A stretch of DNA of 64,000 nucleotides from Sphyrna mokarran (lineage: Eukaryota): NCBI GenBank assembly GCA_024679065.1, contig JAGIQG010000029.1, forward strand, positions 8,928,001 through 8,992,000, written 5' to 3'. A program made the translations under genes and the position numbers. Shown here one piece after another: positions 25,391 through 38,300 of the stretch. How positions within the stretch are numbered: position 1 is the first letter of the stretch; every line of letters begins with the position of its first letter. The notes below the pieces were generated by a model. The model ran no database searches and was not told where the DNA came from. It saw nothing but the letters and a program-made list of their open reading frames with translations.

Positions 25391-26812
25391 TTCCTACAGA
25401 AACTCAGCACACATGGAGCAGTAGAACCAGGGACACTCCTTGTCACAATGGATGTCTCGGCGCTCTACACCAACATCCCCCATGACAATGGTATTGCTGC
25501 AACTGCCTCAGTACTCAATGCCAACAACTGCCAGCTTCCGAATGCAATTTTACAACTCATCCGCTTCATCTTGGACCACAATGTCTTCACCTTCAACAAT
25601 CAGCTTTTCATCCAGACACACGGAACAGCCATGGAGACCAAATTCGCACCTCAGTATGCCAACATCTTCATGCACAGGTTTGAACAAGACTTCTTCACCA
25701 CACGAGATCTCCAACCAAGGTTATATACTATTTACATTGATGACATCTTTTTCCTTTGGACTCATGGTGAACAATCATTGAAACAACTGTATGATGATAT
25801 CAACAAGTTCCATTCCACCATCAGACTCACCATGGACTATTCTCCAGAATCAGTTGCATTCTTGGACACATGCGTCTCCATCAAGGACGGTCACCTCAGC
25901 ACCTCACTGTACTGCAAACCGACAGACAACCTCACAATGCTCCACTTCTCCAGCTTCCACCCTAGACACGTTAAAGAAGCCATTCCCTAGGGACAAGCCC
26001 TCCGTATACACAGAATTTGCTCAGATGAGGGGGATCGTGACAGACACCTCCAGACACTGAAGGATGCCCTTGTGAGAACAGGATATGGCGCTCGACTCAT
26101 CGATCGACAGTTCCGACGTGCCACAGCGATAAACCGCACTGACCTCCTCAAAAGACGAACACGGGACACGGTGGACAGAGTACCCTTTGTTGTCCACTAC
26201 TTCCCCGGAGTGGAGAAGCTACGACATCTTCTCCGGAGTCTTCAACATATCATTGACGATGATCATCTCACTAGGGCCATCCCCACCCCCCCACTTCTTG
26301 CTTTCAGTCAACCGCACAACCTCAAACAGATCATTGTTCGCAGCAAACTACCCAACCTTCAGGAGAACAGTGACCACAATACCATACAACCCTGCCACAG
26401 CAACCTCTGCAAGACATGCCGGATCATAGACGTGGACGACATCATCAAACGTGAGGATACCATTCACCAGGTGCACGGTACATACTCTTGCAAGTCGGCC
26501 AACGTTGTCTACCTAATACGTTGCAAGAAAGGATGTCCCGAAGCATGGTATATTGGGGAGACCATGCAGACACTACGACAGCTGATGAATGAGCATCGCT
26601 CAACAATCACCAGGCAAAACAGTTCCCTTCCTGTGGGCGAACACTTCAGCAGTCATGGGCATTCGGCCTCCGACCTGCGGGTAAACGTTCTTCAAGGGGG
26701 CTTTCGTGATACACGACAGCGCAGAGTCGCTGAACAGAGACTGATAGCCAAGCTCCGCACACATGAGGACGGTCTTAACAGGGATCTTGGCTTCATGACA
26801 CACTATCTGTAA
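25391..26812 (+). pseudogene. PLE reverse transcriptase + GIY-YIG endonuclease (single in-frame stop at 25988-25990)
   Basis: ORFs 25244-25990 and 26072-26812 are in the same frame; motifs TMDVSALYTNI, GTAMxTKFAPQYANIFM, YIDDIF, C-x3-C-KTC, NVVYLIRC...WYIGET, GLN; IP*GQALR is probably IPYGQALR. Confidence 0.92.
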
Positions 26813-27025
26813 CCCCCGTAACTTGCCTGGGGTAGCAAAAAACCTCACTTACTGTGCTGTCTGGAGAAAATACACAATTCTCTAACCAATGCTCAGGATT
26901 CCCTTCACACACATTGTTAGCCACTTTAACACTTGAATAGCAGGTTAGATGTAAGGATTCGCATTCTAATCAGCAATCTCTGACTGTCTGTGCTGATGTG
27001 TGCTATTGCAGACCAGAACACTGCA

Positions 27026-27065
27026 GTTGCCTGAGGAAGACACAAGAGTGTTGAAAGCTTGCAAT
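27026..27065 (+). ncRNA. Minimal type I hammerhead ribozyme in PLE 3' repeat
   Basis: UUGC-CUGAGGA-A-GACAC-aaga-GUGUU-GAAA-GC-UU-GCAA: intact core, stems I and II paired, palindromic AAGCUU in place of stem III. Confidence 0.8.
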
Positions 27066-29309
27066 TTTACTATCAAATAAATCGGTTGGATTAAAAATTA
27101 GTGTTGCTAAATTCTTACTGAGTTCTTACCACCCCAATTCAACGCCGGCATCTTTACATCATCACAAAGTGCAGGACAGATCCAACTCAGCCAATATTGT
27201 GCCATCAGTCTCCTGTCAGCAGTAAAGTGATGGAAGGGTTGTTGACAGCACTGTTAAGCGGCACTAAATCAGCAATAATCTGTTCACTGTCACAATTTGG
27301 GTTTTGCCAGCATCACACTGCTCATGATCTCAGTATAGCCTTGGTCCAGACATCAAAGCTGTAGTCCAGTGGTGAGGTGAGAGTGACTGTCTTTGATGTC
27401 AAGGCAGCATTTGACAAAGTGTAATATCAAGGAGCCAATGTGAATTGGGAAAAACTGTCCACTGGTTGGATTCATAACCAGCACAAAGCAAAATGCTTGT
27501 TATTGAAAATCAATTACCTTAGTCCCAGGACACCAATGCAGAAGTTTGAGTAGTGCCTTCCATGACCTTCCCTCTACCAAAAGGTTAGAAGAGACAATGT
27601 TCATTGAACATGTTGTTCAGCACTATTCCCTATTGCTGTTATTAGTGTTATTCAGCACTATTCGGATATTTAAGCAGCTTAGATTCATATGTAGCAAGTC
27701 CTTTGGACTTAGGCTGATGTATAGCATGAAGGTTACTTGCCACACAAGTGCCATGTGTTGACCATCTCTCACAATCTAACCACCTTCCTTGACAGGAAGG
27801 ACCTTCAGTGACATTACCACCTCCACTCTTGAAATTCCATTGACCAAAAACTGAATTGGGAAGCCAATTAACTACTACTGCGGTAACAAGAGCAGGTCAG
27901 AACTTGGGATTTCTGTAACTCCCCTCCTGACTTCCTACTGCTCACCCACCATCTACAAAGCACAAGTCAAGAGTATGTTGAAATACTGTCCAGTTGTCTA
28001 GAAGAGTGCACCTCCAACAATATTCAACCTTGACACCATCCTGAACAAAGCAGCCTGCTTGATTGACACCCCATCTACAAACATTCCCTCTCTTCATTAC
28101 TGATGCACAGTTGGAGCCATGTTACTAACTACAAGGTGCTCTGCGCCACTTCACTCAATCTCCTTAGACAGCATCTACCAAACTATGGCCTCTACCACCA
28201 CAAAGAATCAAGAGCAGCAGAAATATGCAAACACCGCCACCACAGATATTTGTGCACACCCAAGTTCATGTACACAAAAATAATAAACAATATCATAAAA
28301 GATCCCCTGAAAGTGTGGTGATCTTCTTCATCTCTTGGCCAACAAAAATTCCTTAGCCGTTACCTAAAACAGATGATCTAATCATTTTATTATTTCTGTG
28401 CTCTTTGTGGGATCTTGCTGTGTGCAAATTTCTGTTTCCTACATTGCAACACTAACTACACTTTTTCATATGGCGTTCTGAGGTCCTGAATGGCGTATCT
28501 CCGTGGAATTTCTCATGTTATACACCAGTGCCTGCTCAGTACAAAGTCCATCGGTTTAATTGTTGGAAATTGAATGTAATACTTAAAGGGGTTTACGCTT
28601 CAATGTTCCTGGATTCAAAATGCCAAGCAGGAATAATAAAGATTGCCTCTCTGCCACCCATGCACGATATGCATTGATCTCCATGTGATCTGGTAATCCC
28701 AGTCCACCCATTTGAAGATAGAGATGGTCATAATGATTGTAAATTTTCAGAAGAGACCTCTGGGATAGTGGCGGGGGATTAATGGCTTGTGCGTTTATAT
28801 AGTGAGAGCATCAAGTCTCCTGTATGCTGCCAGTGAAGGTGGTGATTATGGATGGCCCCTTAATGACCTGCTCAATCAAACAGAGCTTGCTTTTATTTAT
28901 GGATTCCCTCATTCAAAGTGTCAGGTTGATGTGATGCTCTAAACTCGGCTGCTGCTGTTCTTTCCCTCGAGTGATCTGAGGACTGATGTGAGTTGCAACT
29001 GGAATCTGAAATGGTTTTTCCATAAATCCAAGACTTTCATAAAATCACAGCCGTCAGATGTGATGAACTGGGGGAGGCAAAGCCTTTTTTTTGAACTGCA
29101 AATAAACTAAAAGTTGTTCTGCCTTTGAGCTGCCACCACCACAGTTGCCACATTTGAACACATCCCTCGAGACTTCTTCATTTGCCACCCACCCTGTGTA
29201 GTTAAAAACAGCCTTTTACCTCTGCTTCGATGCTTTCCCAATTAAAACAAATTTTTTCGAAGAGAAGATTTTTTTTTAATAATTCAATCCCTACAGTGTA
29301 GAAAGAGGC

Positions 29310-29453
29310 ACAGTAAGAAAGTCCCTGTGAGTATCCTGATGAAGGAGCAGTGCTCTGAAAGTTTGTGCTACCAAATAAACCCGTTGGACTTTAACTTGGT
29401 GTTGTGAGACTTCTTAGTGTGCCTACCCCAGTCCAAAGCCGGCATCTCCGTAT
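29310..29453 (+). mobile_element. Tiny PLE 3'-end insertion with hammerhead motif
   Basis: ctgatgaaggagcagtgctctgaaag...ggactttaacttggtgttgtgagacttctta...accccagtccaaagccggcatctcc. Confidence 0.85.
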
Positions 29454-30405
29454 GTGTGGGAGCCAAGTCTGTACTGACATCCAAAAGAGCATACCCCCTG
29501 CCATCACCGCCACACTACCCTCCCCACCCCACAACCAAACCCAACATTCTGTTCCTCATCATGTGCTGGAGATTAATCAGTAATTGCTGAAGAATTCCAG
29601 ATAATGCCGAAAGTTTGGCGACTCTCCCATTCCTCTTTCCCTCTCTTGGAATGCAGACACATCAGTTAGGTGAGAAATTCTGCATTTAAAGACCAGGTGG
29701 AATGTCTGCTTTTCTCTGTAACTAATAGCTTTGCTATCTAGTGGGCTTCTTAGAAAGTGTGATTTATTTGGATGTCAGTTTGTAAGTGTTGAGTCTGGCT
29801 GGTGCTGCCTGTGGGGAAACAACACATCAGTCTAGACAAATATGAAGATTCCCTCCTTTATATGAGCACAGTCCTAGATAGTCAGCCACTTCAAAAGAAG
29901 AGTGACGCGTGAGTATAATGGGTGGTGATATAATTGGGAGATGGGGTAGGCTTGATAAATCCAAAATTTAACCTGTCTCTTTCCCCACCACAATTATATT
30001 AGAGGTGGGAATGACATTGGCATCTGGCCTGCCAGCGAGTGTAACCAATTGAGGCTCTTAAGAGGGCAGTTAATACCTATTCAAGGGCCTCCAGTGTCCC
30101 CTATGTTTTAACAAGAGGCTGAAGAGCCCCATGTGAGACCACATGTTTCCTTTTGCGGACTGGTGTCTAACAGCATTGCCAACATTGTCTATATGTCCAG
30201 ACCTGCTAAGAAGCCTCACAATACCAGGTGAGTTCCAGACCCACGATGACCATATGTAAGAGTTGCAACAACACAGTGATAGGTGGTGATTGCGGAACAA
30301 GTGAAGAGCCCCGCAACTGGAAGAAATAGCACGATGAGCAGCTACAGGACGAGGACAGCATAGGAAAGTCTTCAACTGAACTGGGGGAAAAAAAAAGACA
30401 AAACC

Positions 30406-31330
30406 ATGGAAAAAGTCCTACCTTTTTACCAGGGTGCTTTGACCATCTGGAAGGCCCAGACCAAGTAGAGAAGTGGCAAAGCTGGCGTTGTAGATTTTCC
30501 CGGTACGGAGCAGTATCGGGACAGAAGGAACAAGTAGATACTTTACACCATAGGCAGTAATGCAGTGGTCAGGCAGGACAAAAACAAAGATGCAATGATG
30601 TGTTATTAATATTCTAGTCTTCAGAAAAATACCATTATAAAGAAAGCAGCATTTAGAAGGTGCACAGAAACACGGGAGAAAGTATAGATCCCTCTTTATG
30701 TACTAGCCATATCAATTCATGGAATATTATGAATATACAGCTCTGAAAGACTTAATTTGGGATTGCATTGGTGTGAAAACCTTAAGACATTGGGTTTTTA
30801 ACTGAGAGCAGATGTGATCCTATCAAAGGAAAGCAAGGCAGGCAGTAGAAAGAAAGCAATACAAAAACTTGTATTCAAAGTGAAAAAGAAATCTTGTAGA
30901 AAAAAAACTGGCTGCTATTGTCCTGTTTATAGCACATGGACATTGCAGTAAACTGAAGATGTCCTGCTAAGGTCTGGCACATCCTTCCTGTAAGCAGAGA
31001 GGCCACTTTAAATCAAATTTGCTACAGCGATCAGTTCTTAACAAAACAATTAAAGGAGAATCTGTCAAAATTAGGTACCATTCAAGAAATCGAAGATATT
31101 CAAGAAGTTGAAGAAGAAAAAGAAACCAGTACCGTTTTGGGAGAAATTGTAGGATCAAATCAAAACTAATTGTGTGCAGATGTTATGATCAACAGACATG
31201 AATCCATCCAAGATAGACACCGGAGCAGGAGTTTCAATTATTTGAGACGCACAAAAATGTTTAAATTCCTCCAGCCGTCAATCACACTCCACACTCCGTG
31301 CAAATCGAGGGAAAGTTGATTGCTAAACTC
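30406..31330 (+). pseudogene. Ty3/Gypsy gag-protease relic (frameshifted)
   Basis: KWQSWRCRFSRY..SG, EYYEYTALKDLIWDCIGV, CPAK...SCKQRGHF zinc knuckle, KIDTGAGVSII aspartic protease at about 31209-31242. Confidence 0.75.
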
Positions 31331-32632
31331 CAATGCAAAGGAAGAGAAATCACAAACTTTGTGTGTGATCCACAGTTGAGATTGTTAACTGTCATGCCAA
31401 AAAGCTCATGCAGATCGACAACTCCACTTGAAAGGAAGTGAATCGGATAAGACAAGATTTCCCTACAACAAAAGAATGAAGGATCTGAACATACCTGAGC
31501 AAAAAAAAATAACCAGCCCAGGATCAAAAAAAATTAGCATCAGAAATGGATGAATGTCAAAGTTTGTGTGAGGCATCAGGCTGTGCTAAGGAAGAAAAAA
31601 ATCAGTATTGGAAACTAACTTAAATGTATGAAGGATGAGGTTGCTAATGTAAAATGAGAATTGGAGAGAGCACAGAAAGTAGAACGCTTGAATGGGGACT
31701 TAAAATGTCTAAGTGATAAACTTATTGAAGCAAATCCAACAGACAGATCTTCAGTTAAAGCTTGATGAACTCAAGTCATGTGAAAAAATATCTTGATAGG
31801 AAAAGGAAATGCTGATTGAATCAAAACTGGTTGAATGAACTTTATTGTGAAAAGAGTAATGAAATTGGTGAATGTCCAAGCAATCTGAAGAATAAAAAGG
31901 ATGAGAATTGTGCAAATCTGACTAGATACTACAACCATCAATTGCCAAGTTTCTACATGTCTAGATCACCACTAGCCTGTCCTGTCCCTCCACCCTGACA
32001 CTGTAGTTAAGAAACCCATCAATGCCTCTACTTTCCCAGGAGCCTATGGAAATTTGGCATTTCCACTATGATGCTCACCAACTTTTACTTTTGTACGTAG
32101 GAGCCTTGATTTCTAGTTGTATCACAGCATGGCTCCTACTCTGACCAAGACTGCAAAGGGTCATGAATGAAGCCCAAGTCCACACACAAACCAACCTCCC
32201 ACTCATTGACTCTGAATACACTTCCTGCTGCCTTGAGGACCTCTCCCATCCTGGGCACATGCTCTTCCATTGGAGAGAGGAAAAAGATACAAAAGTCTGA
32301 GGTCGTGTACCAACCAACTCAAAAACAGTTTCTTCTCTGCTGCCATCAAAATTACATTAAATTGTTTTACACCCCAGCTATGACTGTAACACTACATTCT
32401 GCATCTTTGCCTTTCCTTCTCTATGCACGGCATGCTTTGTATAATGTGAAAAATAATATTTTATACAGTATCTTATGACAATAAGAAATCAAAGCAAATA
32501 AGAACACCTGACTGTAGTCATTTCCATCCAGAACTTGGGAAAATCTCAAGATAGGGTGAAGAAAGAGATTCCTGACAGATGAAGGAAATTCTAAATGATA
32601 TGTATCACAGTCAAAGTTGGTGGGGAGGGAGA

Positions 32633-32838
32633 TGTGGTATGAACAGTTAATTTTTTAAATATGTAATCCACATGGTGAAGCAAGATACATGACAACAGAA
32701 AATGGAGAGTTTTATGTAGAACCATGTGTTGAGCCTATATTTTAAATAGTATGACATTCAATAAAAAGTTTGTTAACGGTATTGTCTCTGGTCCTCTCTA
32801 AGTCTAGACCCATAACCATCACGTGAGGCTCAACAACA
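32633..32838 (+). mobile_element. Putative 3' LTR of the Gypsy relic, preceded by a polypurine tract
   Basis: ggggagggaga then TGTGGTAT...aataaa (32760)...caacaACA. Confidence 0.45.
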
Positions 32839-33324
32839 GAAGAATTCTCGACCTATTTTAAACCACAGACTGAGGTTTCATGTCATCTTTTTTTCAAAAC
32901 AGTAGTTGCTGGACTGAAAACCGTCTGCAGCAGATTTGGAAAAAGTGAGAGTTCTCTGAAATCGATGGGAGGAATGCTGTCATTTCCTCCACTCAACAAG
33001 CAGTGTTCTTGCCTTTCAGAACATAGTGGCAGTCAGAATGTATGTGGTTTTCTTTTGAAACCTTTGATGCTAATGCGGCAGGCCCATTTTAAGAGATTTC
33101 AAGTGTAGATCTTTATTTTTGATGTCTATAGTTTTGGGGCTTGCCACTGGTTTAGGGTGCTCTGCACTGTAAGGATTAGAGAGGTCTAAGATTGCAACAG
33201 CAAGTGTTGATCTGTGCCAGAAGAAAGGATCCTAAGAGTCTGAATAACATGGGGACTACATTGATGGCTTCTATGATAGAACATATATTTGGCAATATTT
33301 TCAACAATTATTCAATGACTGGTC

Positions 33325-33780
33325 TTAGAGGTTTACAGCATGGAAATAAGTCTTTTGGCCCACCTTGCCTTTTTTTTTAAACCATTAAGCTAGTCCCAAT
33401 TGCCTGCATTTAGCCCATATCCCGCTACCCATTGACAGTGTAACTGTCCAAATACTTTTTAAAAGACAAAATTGTACCCGTCTCTACTTCTACCTCTGGC
33501 AGCTTGTTCCAGCCACTCACCACCCTATATGTGAAAAAAAATACCCCCCCCCCCCCGCCCCGGATCTCTCTGTATCTCTCCCCTCTCACCTTAAACCTAT
33601 GGCCTTTGGTTTTAGACTCCCCTATTTTTGGGAAAAGATATTGACTAACTGATCCATGTCCCTCATTATTTTATAGATCTTGATAAGATCAATCCTAAGC
33701 CTTCTGAGCTCCAAGAGAAAAAAAGCCCAGTCTATCCAGCTTCTCCTTTATAACTCAAACTATCAAGTCCCAGTAGCATG
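33325..33780 (-). mobile_element. CR1 LINE 3' end
   Basis: ctctggcagcttgttcc...tgtgaaaaaa...ctctcaccttaaacctatg...ccagtctatccagc. Confidence 0.7.
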
Positions 33781-34344
33781 GATTATGGGCCCAATTCGCA
33801 CTGTGTGAAACCTGAGCACCTCCAGTTGATAGCGAGACTAGAGCAGCAACCCCTGTGTCCCGCACTAGTGGGAGGTGCTGCCTTTAACCCCAAACCCCAT
33901 CTGCCTTCTCCTGATAGGATCCCCAGGCCATGACTTCAAGAAAAGCAGAGGGGTTCTCTCCATTGTCCAGGAGAATGATGATCCCGAACTTAGCCTTACG
34001 GAAAAAACAAACAAACAGCTTACCTGGTCATTTTTACACTGCTCTTTGTGGGACCTTGCTGCTTATAAATTGGTTGCTTGTTGTCTACACTATAGCATTG
34101 ACCATCCTTCAAAAACCACTTCAAGAGGCTGGACGGCACTCTGGGATGTCCTGAATTTGTGCATGGCGCCATGTAAATGCAAGCTTCTCCTGGTTATTGA
34201 TTCACCACCTTGGGTCCAAAGATCTACCTGGCCAGAATTGGCTTCCTATTTGAAATGCAGTGATTTGTGTGGGGATAGGCGATGGCTGCTCTGTGTGAGG
34301 CATATGAGTCATGCAAGCAGTTGACTTGCTATTCAGGTATCGCT

Positions 34345-34455
34345 AGATGGTGGCAGGGGCACTGGAGAGGTGGGTGTGGGCAGGAATATTGGTGAACAGG
34401 GTGTTGGCAGGGACATTGAGCTGGATGTGGGCAGCGGTGTTGGTGAGCTGGTGTT
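34345..34455. repeat. Degenerate G-rich minisatellite (about 25-27 bp unit)
   Basis: Repeated gggtgt(g/t)ggcagg...ttggtga units. Confidence 0.5.
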
Positions 34456-35379
34456 AGAAGATCACAAGCAACTGCAGAAGTGTATCTAGAGTGAAGAGAG
34501 CTAATGGAAAAATATCAGAAAATTATAGGATGTGAGGGGATGTCTAATTTGGTTACCTGTAGCTACTGAATTAAAACTTTTGATTGAAAATTGTACATAC
34601 TTTGGGATGTTCTTGTGCCAGTTATTGAACAGAATTTTGTAATTTTTGTTCTTGAAGTTCTCGTGTCTCCAAAGGGTTAATGTGAGACTAACTGGAATGT
34701 TTCTACATCTCAAGTTACTGCTGCTTTTATCATAAGGCAGCTGTTTTGAAGCTGGGGTATAGGAGCTCAGGAACATTGCTTGGCTGATCAGAGATCAGGG
34801 AATGAGGTTATCAGTGATGGCAATAAGTACAATATGGATCACTAGGACAAAAATGAGCTTCCATTAGCATTGTTGCATCATTTTGCACACAGCATGTGTA
34901 TCTGTCACAAAACACTGCCAATACATTAGGTAACACATTTGAGTATCTTTTTTAATGGGGGGAAAAAAAAACGAAGATCTCCAGAGAAATATCTCTAATT
35001 GACCTCGGGGTGGCTTAATTGAACAATGTTATTGATGTTGGATCTTATAACCTTGAAGTAACAGGCCAAGTTCTACAGAACTCTGTCTTGCAGTGCTATT
35101 ATGTGATGTGCTCTACCTGATACTACTGGAAGTGATTTAAATCTCTCTCTTGACAAGACTGGTGCTTTGGGAGATTTGCTATTACTTTTCAAAGCTGACT
35201 ACACAAGCACTGCCTCTACCCTCTCCTGTCAAACAGTCCCCCTTGCCTCTCCTGACAATCACTCCCTCTCCTCTCTCCCGTCAAGCGCTCCCTCCCCCTC
35301 CCCCGCCGAACATAATCTTGCCTTTCTACACTGAAGATTGGAAGTTGGTTTTTGAAAAGGGGAAAAGTAGAATGCCCAT

Positions 35380-38300
35380 AAACAAGCCAGTAAATTAATT
35401 AATAGGTTGCAAAAGTTTTTTTTTAAGCAAACAAAAAAGGCAAGAGAGTAGCTGAAATAAATGTTGGAGCATTAAAAAGCACTAACAAGATACATTTATC
35501 ATGAAGTGGGGAAATAGCGGAGACATTGCACATATCTTTTGTCTGTCTTCACAGTGGAAGACAAGCTACATACCAATAGTGGAAAGCAGCCTAGGGGCTA
35601 GTACGAGTGAGGAAATTAATATCAGAAGAGAGAAAACTTAAAAGATTAAAATCCCACATCCACAGGTACTGATGTTGCCACATCCAAGGGCTTTAAAAGA
35701 AAGAATCCAAGCTGCAGTGATGTGTATATGTAGCTGTGGTTTTCTACAATTCCCTAGATTCTAGACTTGTCCCCGCAGATTGGACATTAGCAAATGTAAC
35801 ACTGCAGTTCAAAAGAGGGAAAGAATTACAGGCCAATTAGCCTGACAGCTGTCATTAGTGAATTGCGAGAATCCATTATTAAACAAGTCTTTAAAATGTA
35901 CTTAAAAGCATAGTATGAATAGAACAGGTCAGCACAGTTTTACAAAAGGGTAATGGTGTTTGACCAATTTATCAGACTTTTTCGAGTAGGGTAGCTCGAG
36001 AACCATTAGATTTAATATAGAATAAAAACAAAAAATGCTAGGTAAATTTAAGAGGGGAGTGTGTGCAACGAGACTTTGTGCCCCGTACACCAGTCACTGA
36101 AGGTAAGTGTATAAATGCAGCAAGTGGTAAAAGAAAACCAATGGTATGTTGGTCTTCATAGCATGGATTTCCTCTGGGTGCTCTGGTTTCCTCGCGTAAT
36201 CCAAAGATATGTGGGTTAGGTTGATTGGCCGTGCTAAATTGCCCCTTAGTATCAGGGGGATTAACAAGGTAAATAAGTGGGTTATGGATTAGAACCTGGG
36301 TGGGGCTGTTGTTGGTGCAGGTTCAAAGAGCCAAATGACCTCCTTCTGCACTGAGGATTTTATGATTCGTATACAGGAGCAGGGATGTCTTGCTGCAGTT
36401 ATACAAGGCCTTGGTGAGGCCAGACTTGGCATATTGTATGTAGTTTTGCTCACCTCATCTGAGGAAGGATGTTCTTGCTATAGAGTGAGTGCAATGAAGG
36501 TTTACCAGAATGGATCCTAGGATAGCAGTACTGACATATGAAGAGAGATTTGAGTCAGTTAGGATTATACCCTCAGAAGAATGAGGGAGGATCTCGTAAT
36601 TATACCATCCTAACAGGACGAGACAGGGTAGATGCAGGATGCATGTTCCCAATGGTGAGTGTGTCCAAAACCAAGGATCTCAGCCTGAGGAAACAGGATA
36701 AACATTTTAGAGCTTGAGATGGGGAGAAGTTTCTTCACCTAAAGAGTGGTAAGCCTCTGAAATTCCATACTACAGGAAGCAGTTTAGGCCAAAACATTGT
36801 ATATTTTTAAGATGGCATTAGTTGTAGCTCTTGAGGCGAATGGAATCAAATGATATGAAGGGAAGGCGGGATCAGGCTATCGAGTTGGATGATCAGCCAT
36901 GAGCATAATGAATGGCAGAGCAGTTTCTAAGGGCTGAGTGGGCTCTTCCTGCTCCTATATAACTCAGCAGATCTGGCAGCATCTGTGGAGAGAGAAACAA
37001 AAGTTAACCTTTCAAATCTAAATGGTCCTTTTACATATACAGATGTAATGTGCTTGCATTTCCAAAGATGTCTTATAAAGTGTAACACATCAGATTAATA
37101 CACAAGATAAGGGATACTGGAGTTTCTAAGAACATAAGAAATAGGAGCAGGAGTAGGCATTCCAGCCTCTCAAGCCTGCCCCGTCATTCAGTAAGATCAT
37201 GGCTGATCTGCAGTGGTTCAATACCACTTTCCCACTTTCTCCTCATAACCCTTAATTCCCTTGTCAACCAAAAACCAAAATGTTCTTGGCTTGAACATAC
37301 TCAGTGAGGAAGCTTCCACCACTTCAAGAGGCAGAGAATTCCAAAGATTCACCACCCTTTGCGTGAAGAAATTCCTCCTCAACTCTGATCTGAACATAGC
37401 CCCCTCCCCCCCACCCCAATCTTGAAGCTGTGCCCTCTAGTCCCGCTATCTTTGTTAAGCGGGAAGAGTCTCTCAACCTCCACCCTATCCATCCCCTTTA
37501 TTATCTTATACATCTCTATAAGATCCCCTCTCAGTCTTCTAAACTCCAAAGAGTACAAACCTAGCCTATAGTTCCATGTCCAAGGTAGGTCTGTTCTGTA
37601 ATGCTGTACTCTCCCTTATGCAAATTGCAAGTAAATATGTCACAGATCACCGCAGCTGGAACTGGGTCAACTGCACTTTACATGCATGTTGAATCTGGAG
37701 CTTCAAATAATGGTAGTCTCCAGCTGTCTTTTCCATCACATGGTTGACTACTGCACTTAAACCTATGATTGACGTATCTTGGAAGGTTTTTACAAATTGA
37801 TAATCAACTTGCTTGGCTTTATTATGAACATTTCTTTCTTGGTCGTCATCTTCTGGAGTAGTCTTGAATCCAGAGCTTCTAACTCGGCAGGGACACCACT
37901 CACTGCACCACAAGAGCCTACCCTCATGCAGTTAGGGCTAATGGTTTAGATAAAGGATTGCTTGCAGACAGGAAGCAGAGAATAGGCATGAAGCATTTTA
38001 AAATTGATAGACTGTGATTAGTAGCATGCCACAAGTATCAGTGTTGGAGCCTCAGCTATTTACAATCTATATTAATGACTTAGAGAGTAATGTATTCAGA
38101 TTTGCTGATGATACAAAGCTAGGTGGAAATGCAAGCTGTGAGGAACGTACAGAAATAGACAGGTTAATTGAGTGGGTAACAAGGTAGTAGATGAAGTATA
38201 ATGTGGAAAAGTGTGTGATTGTTCATTTTGTCATCAGAATAGAAAATCAGAATATTTTTTCCAAGGTGTGAAACTTGCAAATATTGCTGCTTGGAGAGAC

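Larger units (their letters stand above)
25391..27162 (+). mobile_element. Penelope-like retroelement, 5'-truncated, with 15-bp TSD
   Basis: TSD cacaaagtgcaggac at 25376-25390 and 27163-27177; 3' end accccaattcaacgccggcatctttacatcat. Confidence 0.95.
21954..28240 (+). mobile_element. Old CR1/L2-group LINE (APE + RT relic) hosting nested insertions
   Basis: APE start (acatctggggg...gagagctgg...cagcctgacatagtc, NIxGL..EL..PDIV-like) at about 22340; RT WKIAQICPVHK at 25347-25383 resumes at 27163 toward the NYRPISLL-like motif and continues to about 28240. Confidence 0.75.

Noticed and set aside
25244-25990. 248-aa ORF that looks like a novel LINE-RT/PLE-RT fusion protein
   Set aside because: The junction coincides with the PLE target-site duplication; the in-frame fusion is a chance result of insertion and the frame ends at a premature stop.
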